Shown here in pieces: positions 22,297-30,227 of a stretch of DNA of 64,000 nucleotides. Every line of letters starts with the position of its first letter. Position 1 is the stretch's first letter. This DNA is from Gemmatimonadaceae bacterium (GTDB lineage: Bacteria; Gemmatimonadota; Gemmatimonadetes; Gemmatimonadales; Gemmatimonadaceae), in assembly GCA_045803545.1 (NCBI GenBank), contig JBJMOW010000002.1:460029-524028 (forward strand). The letters run 5' to 3'. The notes under the pieces were generated by a model. The model was not told the origin of the DNA, searched no databases, and worked only from the letters and a program-made list of their open reading frames with translations. The position numbers and the translations under genes are program-made.

Positions 22297-22461
22297 TTAA
22301 CTCGTTGCGACCTAGCAGGTTGCGAAAAGCGCCGTATGCAGCGTCAAGCCAACGGGTTAGAACTGCATACGAAACGTATACGTTAAGCCGCATTTGACCC
22401 TCCAGTCTGTGATGGCTTTTTCCCCCCGATCAGGGCCGTAATTGCGCTGTCCGCAGCTGGC
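22238..22461 (+). repeat. attL core plus phage left end (copy 1 of a 224-bp direct repeat)
   Basis: Identical to 63777-64000 except C22389 versus A63928. Confidence 0.95.
22333..22382. promoter_or_regulatory. Putative integrase arm-type sites (CTGYATACG)
   Basis: CGTATGCAG (inverted copy, 22333-41) and CTGCATACG-AA-ACGTATACG (22363-82); same motif in tandem at 63652-71. Confidence 0.6.
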
Positions 22462-23948
22462 GAGCGCTCCTCGAATACGGGGCTCAGCTCACTCCTGGCG
22501 GCCAGATCTTCCGCTATTACCTCATTGGCCCCATCCACCCTTGCGAAGGCTTCCGCCGGCGACTCCGGACCAGTGTCCACTTCCGGACGTTCGTTCTCGC
22601 CGCGCAGCTTGGCCTTGAAGTCGCGCGCTGCACGCCGGCCGATCCGGTTCTCGCGCTCCGCGTATACGCCCTTCGGAACGGTCGTCGAGCTCCACCCGCC
22701 CAACGCCTTCAATCCTTGCTCGCCCAGCTCCTCCTCGAGCGCCAGGTCGACCGGTAACCGGCGGAGACCGTACGCGCCCATTCCCTTTACGTAAGCGATG
22801 CCTGCCTTCGCGCGGACCGCGTGAAAGGTCTTGATCACCCACTGCCTCGAGACGTGCTCGTCGGGTCGCATCTTCTTCCCGAGGCGATGATCGACGCCGT
22901 GTTTCCGGCCGAAGATCCTGCCCGCCGGGAAAAGCGGATAATCTTTGCCGGCCGTCAGATACTGCTCCTCGAGCGGGCCCAGGAATCCCGTCAGATACGC
23001 ATCGACGACGATCCGCATCCCCTTTGTCAGCTCGACGATCTCTCCACTCTTGTGGCCGGCGCCGTGCACGTGCAGCTCGCCGAACTCGGCCTTGTCCAAC
23101 TTGAGATCGCTCCGCATCGCGCGCGATGTCTGACCCAGGCGGAGCTCCGCGGTCACGTAGATCAGGATCGCGATGCGAGGATCGACGAACGGTGCCGCCT
23201 TCACGATCTTCCGCATCTGCTCGAGCGTGAAGCGTGGCTGATACGGCTCCGGATCTCGCTTGGCTCCGGTCAAGCCGCGACGGAACGCGCGCAGGTCGTC
23301 CTTCCATTTGACGGTGCCCGAAGCGGTCCTCTCAGTATCGATCTGCGCCGCGTGCAGCGGAATGAGTTTCTTCTTTCGCAGCCAGTTGATTGCTGTGATG
23401 AGTCTCGACACGGTGGTGTCGGCCGAGCGTGAAGTCTTGTGACCTCGACGCACGAGATCAGACACACGAGCGCGAATGAGCTTAGTCCACATCGAGTCGT
23501 CGATCGAATCGACCGGCGTGTCCGCTCCCCACACACTGACGGCGAAGCGCAGCGATCTCACGAGCTCGTCGCGGAACGGGAATTTGTTTGGATACTTTCC
23601 CGTTTCCTTATCGGTGATCAGCGTCTCGACCTCGCCGATGGTCACGCGCTTCGCCTGCGGTCCGGATACTGGCAGCGTCCCTGACAGCTGCTGCGACTTC
23701 CGCATCGCCTGCTCGACAGCCCACTGCGCGACGTCCGGATTCACGGAGCCGTCCGCATTCCGGAGTGGCTTACCGAGCTTGTTGTTCTTCAAGCTCTCGC
23801 CGCCCCAATTCTCGACGCCGGTCCGCCACCACCGCAAATAAATTCCTCCTTGCCGGTGGGGATTTTCCTCGACGACAACTTTGTTCGGGAACACCCCGAC
23901 CTCGGCCGACCACTTCTTCGGCGCCGCAGATTTTCTCGCGCGCGTCAT
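22383..23948 (-). CDS. int: Tyrosine recombinase (phage integrase)
   Basis: ELRLGQ (Arg), HKSG (Lys), YGLRR (HxxR variant), LGGWS, GVY (Tyr); abuts att; ATG 23948 overlaps the upstream stop. Confidence 0.85.
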   Translation of the reverse strand: MTRARKSAAPKKWSAEVGVFPNKVVVEENPHRQGGIYLRWWRTGVENWGGESLKNNKLGKPLRNADGSVNPDVAQWAVEQAMRKSQQLSGTLPVSGPQAKRVTIGEVETLITDKETGKYPNKFPFRDELVRSLRFAVSVWGADTPVDSIDDSMWTKLIRARVSDLVRRGHKTSRSADTTVSRLITAINWLRKKKLIPLHAAQIDTERTASGTVKWKDDLRAFRRGLTGAKRDPEPYQPRFTLEQMRKIVKAAPFVDPRIAILIYVTAELRLGQTSRAMRSDLKLDKAEFGELHVHGAGHKSGEIVELTKGMRIVVDAYLTGFLGPLEEQYLTAGKDYPLFPAGRIFGRKHGVDHRLGKKMRPDEHVSRQWVIKTFHAVRAKAGIAYVKGMGAYGLRRLPVDLALEEELGEQGLKALGGWSSTTVPKGVYAERENRIGRRAARDFKAKLRGENERPEVDTGPESPAEAFARVDGANEVIAEDLAARSELSPVFEERSPAADSAITALIGGKKPSQTGGSNAA

Positions 23949-24418
23949 GCGGATCTCCGCTGGCGATCGCGCTTGCACGCCAGGCACACACGACTGCGCC
24001 GGCCCTTCCGAACGCGGATGCTTGTGTTCGCCGGCGTGTACTCGTGACCGCTCGAGCAACTGGAGCGGCCGCGCCAGAAGTTGTTGTCGCGCCCTTTGGC
24101 GTTGCGATCGCGCATGTTCGCCAGCTGGGTACCGAGGAAGAAATGCTCGGGGTTGAAGCAGGGCGGATTATCGCAGCTGTGTAAAACGGACTTGCCGTCG
24201 GGAATCGGCCCAATGAATTCCTGGTACGCCATTCTGTGCACGGACTGCGTCTTGTTGCCGACGGTGATCTGCCCGTAGCCGAAGTCGTCGCAGCCGCGCG
24301 TCCACTCCCAGCATCCCGATGGTGTGATCCGCCGATGCTTTAGGAGTCTCGCGCGCACCGATGGTGGCGAGCAGGGAAGGCACCTGCAGCCGGGCTTGTG
24401 ACCAGGTGGACGCTTCAT
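23945..24418 (-). CDS. HNH endonuclease with C-terminal zinc finger
   Basis: GCWEW, HRMAY, VLHSCDNPPCFNPEH..GT...N; CSSGHEYTPANT. Confidence 0.85.
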   Translation of the reverse strand: MKRPPGHKPGCRCLPCSPPSVRARLLKHRRITPSGCWEWTRGCDDFGYGQITVGNKTQSVHRMAYQEFIGPIPDGKSVLHSCDNPPCFNPEHFFLGTQLANMRDRNAKGRDNNFWRGRSSCSSGHEYTPANTSIRVRKGRRSRVCLACKRDRQRRSA

Positions 24419-24627
24419 CCGCGGCTCCCGTTCGCCAACATCGCGCGGCCAATGCCTGCGCGAATGTCCTCGACCGGCACGACGTAGCTCTCGTGCGGAC
24501 CGACGTGAATTGCGCAGAGCGCCATCCAACCGCCACCCATTGCGGGATAACCGCCCACAGTCGGTAGGCCGCACTGTTTCACGATACCGACTTCGCAAGT
24601 CGGAGAGATCTCGCAGGTGTCGTTCAC
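24415..24627 (-). CDS. Small Cys/His-rich phage protein
   Basis: GTG start and stop overlap both neighbours. Confidence 0.5.
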   Translation of the reverse strand: MNDTCEISPTCEVGIVKQCGLPTVGGYPAMGGGWMALCAIHVGPHESYVVPVEDIRAGIGRAMLANGSRG

Positions 24628-24950
24628 GCGGTTCTCCTCTTGCGCTTCCGGACCGCGGTCCGCGGGATCTCCCAATCGCCGGCGCCGTTTTTCGTCGCCT
24701 CGAGCTCGCCGGCCTCGATCCATTTCCGGACTGTGCCGTCTTGGACGTGATGGATGCGCGCGTACTCTCTCGTGGAGAAAGTTTTTGTCAACTGCTCGAT
24801 GGACGCGATCGTCTCCTCGAGCTCGCGTACGCAAGTCAACGTGATGTACGCGCGCGGATCATCGGGCCAATCCTCGCGCAGCTCGTTGACTTTCTTTCTC
24901 CACGAGGCAGCGAGCTTCTTGAGATCGGGATGCACCAAAGCGATCGACAT
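24624..24950 (-). CDS. Excisionase-like HTH protein
   Basis: FSTREYARIHHVQDGTVRKWIEAGELEA..WEIP, a Xis/MerR-like HTH upstream of int. Confidence 0.75.
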   Translation of the reverse strand: MSIALVHPDLKKLAASWRKKVNELREDWPDDPRAYITLTCVRELEETIASIEQLTKTFSTREYARIHHVQDGTVRKWIEAGELEATKNGAGDWEIPRTAVRKRKRRTA

Positions 24951-24955
24951 CGTGC

Positions 24956-25183
24956 TTATCGCTGGTCTGGAAGTTTGAGATCTGTCCATTGCCACGCATC
25001 GCAGGTCCGGTCCGGATCTAGGCGGATCGCGGCAGCGATCATTCCATCGCGCTCGCGCTCGAGACGCTCCGCATCTTCGACATGTCTGATGCCGCGCAGC
25101 GATCTCGCGAAGCGAGCTCCGGCGTTCTTGTGCTCGGCGTCGTGGAGCAGCCGGTCGACGCGACTCTCGAGTGTATCAGTCAT
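24956..25183 (-). CDS. Hypothetical phage protein
   Basis: ORF within the leftward operon. Confidence 0.45.
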   Translation of the reverse strand: MTDTLESRVDRLLHDAEHKNAGARFARSLRGIRHVEDAERLERERDGMIAAAIRLDPDRTCDAWQWTDLKLPDQR

Positions 25184-25345
25184 GCTTCCACTGATTCGCG
25201 GATTGGATAATCGAGCCAGGGAACGGTTTCGTCGCACCGCACGCGCACCGGCAGTGTCCGCGGCTTGAGCACACGTCATCCTCGCGGTCCACGCACTCGT
25301 GCAGATGAACGGCGGGCTCCGGAAAGCGATTAACTGTCGACGCGC

Positions 25346-25615
25346 TCATGCTGGATCGTCGTCGACGTGGAGAGCTGCACGTCCCTTGGCCGTCAGCTCA
25401 TAGCGTTCCTCGGCCGGCACCAGGGCGCGCTCGCAGGACATCGTCCGATCGCAGTGCGACGGCCAGCCATTGCGCAAGCAGGAGGCGGCTTGCTGCGCGG
25501 TGATGCGTTCCTGGTGTCGGCACACGACGCACTTGAGAATCGCGCCGTGTGGCCAAAGCGTGCTGCCGATCTCCTCGTGAACCTTGCCCAGCTGCTCGAG
25601 CTTCTCGGCATTCAT
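25346..25615 (-). CDS. Hypothetical zinc-ribbon phage protein
   Basis: CVVC and HC motifs; overlap coupling. Confidence 0.55.
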   Translation of the reverse strand: MNAEKLEQLGKVHEEIGSTLWPHGAILKCVVCRHQERITAQQAASCLRNGWPSHCDRTMSCERALVPAEERYELTAKGRAALHVDDDPA

Positions 25616-26076
25616 TTCTGAAACCTCCGTTCGAAGAAGCGGCGGTCCTGGTAGCGGCGAATACAGCCGGCATTAACACACGTGCGGCATGCACGGCCGT
25701 TCGGCCGGTTGATCGTATTCTCGGGCGTGAACTCGTGGCCGCGCTTGCAGTGGGTCTTGAACGCGTTCGGAGAAACAGCGCGACCCTTCGCCACCATATC
25801 GTCCATGTTGTCCTGCAGCGTCCCCAGGAACAGGTGATCGGGATTCACGCAGTCACGCACATCGCAGCGATGCAGAACGAACAGTCCCGGCGGCACCGGA
25901 CCGCGCGCGAGCTCCCAGGAGAACCGGTGCGCGAGGACCTTCCGATTGTTGATGCGTATTCGCGCATAGCCGCCGGAGGGGCGCGTGCGCGCTTTCTGCC
26001 GCCAAATCCAGCAGCCGTCTGGTCGACGCAGCACTGCGCGCTCGAAACGGACCTGCGCACTGAGGTTGAGAGTCAC
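25612..26076 (-). CDS. HNH endonuclease with zinc finger
   Basis: GCWIW, AHRFSWE, VLHRCDVRDCVNPDHL.GT; THCKRGHEFTPENT. Confidence 0.85.
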   Translation of the reverse strand: MTLNLSAQVRFERAVLRRPDGCWIWRQKARTRPSGGYARIRINNRKVLAHRFSWELARGPVPPGLFVLHRCDVRDCVNPDHLFLGTLQDNMDDMVAKGRAVSPNAFKTHCKRGHEFTPENTINRPNGRACRTCVNAGCIRRYQDRRFFERRFQK

Positions 26077-26384
26077 CGCAGCCTCCTGTGCCGATCAGCG
26101 TGCTCGCAGTCGGCGAAATGCGTAATGCCTTCTCCGAACGTCGTCGACGTCGGGTGAACAGCGTGGACGTGCCTCATCGACACGACATGCGGCCGCTTCG
26201 TCGACGGGTGTATTCCCCAGTAAACGAACGCTCCGCAGCTGCACTGGAATTGCCGCGTGCCCGGCGGGATCGGAATCATGACAGTCCAGCGCGCGATCGC
26301 GACGTTCGTTCGCAAGCGCGCCGGCGGCAGCTCGTCATCCGGGATGAGCGGCAACGTCTCGGGATCCGCGTGGAGCAGCTTCAC
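26073..26384 (-). CDS. Hypothetical zinc-finger phage protein
   Basis: CSCGAFVYW...HFADC. Confidence 0.6.
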   Translation of the reverse strand: MKLLHADPETLPLIPDDELPPARLRTNVAIARWTVMIPIPPGTRQFQCSCGAFVYWGIHPSTKRPHVVSMRHVHAVHPTSTTFGEGITHFADCEHADRHRRLR

Positions 26385-26899
26385 GCCGGCGGCACCGGTT
26401 TGCCGTTGCCAGGTACGAACACCGTAACGGCGGGCGCTGGCTCCTTATTACTCAGGACGCCGGCGACAGCCCGAGCGATCTGCTTCTGCAGTGCGGTGTT
26501 GAAGTCCTCCTGCGCAATTGACTGCTCGACCGATGCAACAGCCTCCGTAGTGAGCTGCTCATCGCCCTCTCCGTCACGCCAGCGGCGTTTAATAACTCTC
26601 GTGGTCGCGTTGCCATGAAGGTCGCCAGTCAGACTGAGCACGGCGGCCGCGAAACGGATCTCCTCCAACTCGTGGAGTGCTAGGCGGTCCATGACAACGC
26701 CGGCCCGCGAACTAATGTCATCACCTTGAGACTTTAGCTGCGCTACATCGCCGAGCGGCAGCTGCGTGCTCTCGATTGCGAGCGCGTTCAAATCGCTCCA
26801 CGCGACTTGCGCGGCCGCGCTCTTGATCCCCAGCTGCGGCGCATGCTCGCTCAGGAATAGTGCGATGTCAGCTTTGCGCTTAGCGCAGATGTCGCACAT
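26381..26899 (-). CDS. Hypothetical phage protein
   Basis: Overlap-coupled ORF downstream of recT. Confidence 0.6.
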   Translation of the reverse strand: MCDICAKRKADIALFLSEHAPQLGIKSAAAQVAWSDLNALAIESTQLPLGDVAQLKSQGDDISSRAGVVMDRLALHELEEIRFAAAVLSLTGDLHGNATTRVIKRRWRDGEGDEQLTTEAVASVEQSIAQEDFNTALQKQIARAVAGVLSNKEPAPAVTVFVPGNGKPVPPA

Positions 26900-27945
26900 C
26901 AGCGGGCCCCCGCGCCGGCCAGCGGCAGTTCATCGCCCTCAGCCTCGAGCTTTGTGCGGATCTCGAGCTCCAACGCCGCGATCCACTTGTCAGCGAGTCC
27001 ATACTTGACGCCAACTTTCAGGCGACGCTCAACGCGATCGCGAACGTCCTGCCCGACGTGCTCGTCGGCGATCAGCTCGAGCAGCCGTGCGATTTGCGCT
27101 TCGGTTGCCGGCGTGTCGTCGGCCGGTCTCGCAGCTGCAGCGGCCGTGACAGGCGCAGGCGCATCGGCAGCTGCGCGAGCCGTGACGGTCTCCGGCGCCG
27201 GTGCAACGATCTCGTACTCGGCCTCGGGAATGTCCTCGGCGTCGAACTGTTGAATGACGCCGGCGAGCTTCCGATTCTTTGGAAGCGCTTTCGTGATCTG
27301 GTGGATGAGGGTCTTGCGCGCGTACCAGCCGGGCATCTCGCCTTGCTTCCACGATTTCGATTTCTCCTGGCGGATCTTGTCAATTTCCTCGACCGACATC
27401 ACGACGACCTTCATCGGCTGTCGCTGGCTGATGAGCGCCCAGGCGTAGGCGCCAAGCATCTTGCCGCGCGCGGCCGGGTCGACGATCGGATGATGCTCGA
27501 TGAAAGGCGACGTGCCTTGGTGATAGATGAAGTGCTCCTTCTCGTAGAAGCACTGCGCGTCGACGTCGCGCGCTGCGCCGGAGCCCTTCACCAGCTCGAT
27601 GTCACCCTTCCAATCGCGAAGTGCCTTGGCGCGCTTCTCCCACCGATCGGGCTCGCCCTTCTTCGATACCTTCACGTTGAAGGGAACCAGGTGAATCGTC
27701 TCGCCGAACTCGAGATCCTGTTTCACACCCTTGCCAACGGCCATGATGATGGACGCCGGCGTGCACTCGAGGATCTCCGGATTCTCGGCCACGACCTGGT
27801 GGATCGTTGAGACGACCCGCTCGAGCGAGACGCCATGCGGCAACAGCGGGATGATCTGCCGCTTCGCGTCGTCGCTCAAAAGAATCGATGATAGCTGCTG
27901 TCGCGCGAGTGCCATCGAATTAGTTGCCTGTCCTGGTGCGCTCAT
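26899..27945 (-). CDS. recT: RecT-family single-strand annealing protein
   Basis: ILECTPASI, IHLVPF, GAYA, MSVEEIDKIR..SKS, RKTLI; start ATG 27945. Confidence 0.85.
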   Translation of the reverse strand: MSAPGQATNSMALARQQLSSILLSDDAKRQIIPLLPHGVSLERVVSTIHQVVAENPEILECTPASIIMAVGKGVKQDLEFGETIHLVPFNVKVSKKGEPDRWEKRAKALRDWKGDIELVKGSGAARDVDAQCFYEKEHFIYHQGTSPFIEHHPIVDPAARGKMLGAYAWALISQRQPMKVVVMSVEEIDKIRQEKSKSWKQGEMPGWYARKTLIHQITKALPKNRKLAGVIQQFDAEDIPEAEYEIVAPAPETVTARAAADAPAPVTAAAAARPADDTPATEAQIARLLELIADEHVGQDVRDRVERRLKVGVKYGLADKWIAALELEIRTKLEAEGDELPLAGAGAR

Positions 27946-28265
27946 TCCTCGCCACCTCCGATCGCCATCTCGGCGTATTGTTCCGGCGTCAACGCTCTCA
28001 CTTCCGTCTCGGCCGACTTGGTCCACAGCCTGTGCTTCGCCTCGTCGATCATGTCCTCGGTCTCCGAGATCATCGCCTGGAGGATCACGGTGTGATGCCT
28101 GACCGCTTTCTCGAAGCGATCGCGCTCCTCATCGGAGAGCGACTGCGTTTCGTTCCTTCGCTGTGCCTCCTCGAGATCTTGGAGGCCGATCCGCAACCGC
28201 CTGATCTTCTGCGTCAACTGCATCGCCACTTGGTAAAAGGCCTCGAGCAACTCCTTCATTTGCAT
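27942..28265 (-). CDS. Coiled-coil hypothetical phage protein
   Basis: GGGGA RBS; overlap with recT start. Confidence 0.55.
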   Translation of the reverse strand: MQMKELLEAFYQVAMQLTQKIRRLRIGLQDLEEAQRRNETQSLSDEERDRFEKAVRHHTVILQAMISETEDMIDEAKHRLWTKSAETEVRALTPEQYAEMAIGGGEE

Positions 28266-28379
28266 TCATCCCCGAGCGGCCCTTACCTTTAGCGACGACA
28301 GGGCGGCCGCGAGTCCCCGTGTCTCTCCAGTAGCTGCCGAGTGCTGCGCCCCCAAGGCCTTCGCACTCGGCAGCTTTTT

Positions 28380-28806
28380 CTATCCTGCCCTCCGCTCCGC
28401 TCCCCGAACAACGGCACCTGTCGTTTTGCGATGGACAGCTCCGTGATGCCGCGTGCAGAGCCATCTCACTTGCAACGGCTTGCCGTAATCCTCGTGATGC
28501 GCGTGCGCCCGCGACGCGCCGCACACTTCCGTCAAAACTGCTCTGCGCAACGGAACTATGCAGAAGCAGCCGTGCGAGATTACGCGCTCGCAGCTTTTCG
28601 GGATCGCGGACGTACTTCGGTGACCGCGCGTAGCGCTCACGCCTGCGCGCGAGCGCTGCCAATGTCGGCGGCTGATACTGGGAAGGGTGGTGGCCGAGCT
28701 CGTGCCAGCATTCGCGGCACATGCTTCGGCGTTTGCCCTTGCCCTTCGACGGAAACTCCGCGAGTGGCAATTCCCAGTGACACTGGCTACACACCTTCGT
28801 CGCCAG
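28380..28806 (-). pseudogene. Zn-finger/HNH-like phage gene disrupted by a 45-bp inversion and a 1-bp insertion
   Basis: N-part (CSQC..CREC..DPEKLRARNL) and C-part (EVCG..HHEDYGKPLQVRWLC..HH) lie in different frames; the missing middle is on the opposite strand at 28531-28575; start uncertain. Confidence 0.75.
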
Positions 28807-28811
28807 GGTAA

Positions 28812-28884
28812 AGCGGGGCGCGGGAGTCGAACCCGCAGCCTCCAGGTTGGCTACCTGGCGTTCAACCATTTGAACTTCCCCCGC
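28812..28884 (-). tRNA. Atypical tRNA-Gly(GCC)-like gene
   Basis: D arm GTTC/GAAC, anticodon arm CCAGG-TAGCCAA-CCTGG, T arm GCGGG-TTCGACT-CCCGC, U73; non-canonical A8, A33 and G7:G66. Confidence 0.7.
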
Positions 28885-29374
28885 AGGTTGCATCTGCCAC
28901 CTGCTGCACTTCTTTCACTGCAGCCGCTCTGATCTCGAGCAGCACTGCGACGATTTGATCGATCGCGGTGATCAGGCGAATGAGCATGGGCGTCGACCGA
29001 TCACCTTGGGCGATCGCCATCTGGATGACGTTGAGCTCGCCTTCCTCCTTGGTCTCGATCTCAAAGAGCTCCTTGAGTAGGCGAACTGCGCCCTGTGTGC
29101 GAGCCGAGAAAAAGTCACCGATCGCGTTTACAAACTGCTCGCAGATCTCGGCACGGCCATTGTTGAACGCATGCACGAGGAGCTGCGATAGCGTGGCGTG
29201 AACTCTGTTGAAACCCTTTCTGATGTCATGCTTGCGATCGATCACTTTCTGATCGCCGGCGGAAGGGACTTGAAGGAGAACGCGCTGAATGTCCTCCTGG
29301 AGGCGATCGCGCTCCCCGCCAGTTATCAGCTGGGGGTGTGTCGCCGGCGTCGACTGCAGCAGTTGTGTGCTCAC
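28862..29374 (-). CDS. Putative CII-like phage regulator
   Basis: Immediately downstream of the cro-like gene; helical; GTG start at 29374. Confidence 0.5.
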   Translation of the reverse strand: MSTQLLQSTPATHPQLITGGERDRLQEDIQRVLLQVPSAGDQKVIDRKHDIRKGFNRVHATLSQLLVHAFNNGRAEICEQFVNAIGDFFSARTQGAVRLLKELFEIETKEEGELNVIQMAIAQGDRSTPMLIRLITAIDQIVAVLLEIRAAAVKEVQQVADATCGGSSNG

Positions 29375-29378
29375 GATG

Positions 29379-29606
29379 TCAACGCACCTGCGCCATAACT
29401 TCGGCGCCCCAGAAATCCTCGGGGTCCATCTCGACGTAAGCCGCGACGTTGGTCGCCAGCTCCTTGCTGGGGGTGCGCTTACCCTCGAAGCACTCCCGGA
29501 GGTGAGTCCACGAGGAGTCGAGGTCCTCCAGGGCTGCGACGCCACTCGCTTTGTCTCGGAGGGTCGCGGCTTTGGCGAACTCCGCTTTGCGCTGGAGTGG
29601 GGTCAT
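29379..29606 (-). CDS. Cro-like HTH protein
   Basis: Divergent from the repressor; SWTHLRECFEGKRTPS..LA..VA HTH. Confidence 0.7.
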   Translation of the reverse strand: MTPLQRKAEFAKAATLRDKASGVAALEDLDSSWTHLRECFEGKRTPSKELATNVAAYVEMDPEDFWGAEVMAQVR

Positions 29607-29630
29607 AGATACTTTGGTGGCAGGTCTCAT

Positions 29631-29693
29631 TTAGCCCGTCTAAAGGGGACGGGCTAATTATTAGCCTCTATTGGCTAAATGTCAAGCTTAGCC
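29631..29693. promoter_or_regulatory. Immunity operator region and leftward promoter
   Basis: Five TTAGCC/GGCTAA half-sites; minus-strand TTGACA(29685-80)-N17-AATAAT(29662-57). Confidence 0.75.
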
Positions 29694-29696
29694 TTA

Positions 29697-30227
29697 ATGC
29701 CACCTGAGAAACCAAGGTCCGAGGACTGGGGCGCGATCCTGGAAGCGAGCCTCGGAGAACGACTTAGGCGCGCCAAACGTGGCGCGAAGAAGAGCAACAA
29801 GGAAATCGCGAAGGTCGCCGGCGTTCACCCGGTGACTGTGAGCGAATGGTTCCGAGGCCAGCGACCGCGAGACGATACACTCGAGAAGGTCGCCGATTTC
29901 CTAGGCGTCGATCGTAACTGGCTAATAAACGGTCAGCGTCCGCCTGAACTCTCCAATGACTTCACGCCGAGCACGAATCTGAGAAAGCGCCTGCGCCCGG
30001 CGCCGTATGCTCGCGTCTACGAACACATCGAGAAGATGCAGAGGGCGGGCTGCTCGGTCGATCAGATCGAGCTGGCCGAGCGCACGATGATCGACAGTGC
30101 GTTCAATCAGTTAAACAAGCGCGACGTCCGAGATCGGACCGATGAGGATATGATCATGGACATCGACTCCGCTTGGCAGTGGATCAAGGAAGTGCTCAGC
30201 CGATCGGGCGTGAGCGGTCTCGAGTAA
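29697..30227 (+). CDS. CI/ImmR-like XRE repressor without an S24 autopeptidase domain
   Basis: LGERLRRA..IAKVAGVHPVTVSEWFRG..LEKVADFLGV..WL; start 29679 or 29697. Confidence 0.85.
   Translation: MPPEKPRSEDWGAILEASLGERLRRAKRGAKKSNKEIAKVAGVHPVTVSEWFRGQRPRDDTLEKVADFLGVDRNWLINGQRPPELSNDFTPSTNLRKRLRPAPYARVYEHIEKMQRAGCSVDQIELAERTMIDSAFNQLNKRDVRDRTDEDMIMDIDSAWQWIKEVLSRSGVSGLE

Noticed and set aside
21944..22393. 149-aa minus-strand ORF
   Set aside because: Antisense to two tRNA genes; most likely a shadow ORF.
23949..24059. N-terminal extension of the integrase in the ORF track
   Set aside because: Overlaps the HNH gene; ATG 23948 gives an ATGA coupling and is the more plausible start.
28129..28893. 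254-aa ORF as a single intact gene
   Set aside because: Starts across the tRNA-like element and runs out of frame after the inversion; only the middle part is protein-like.
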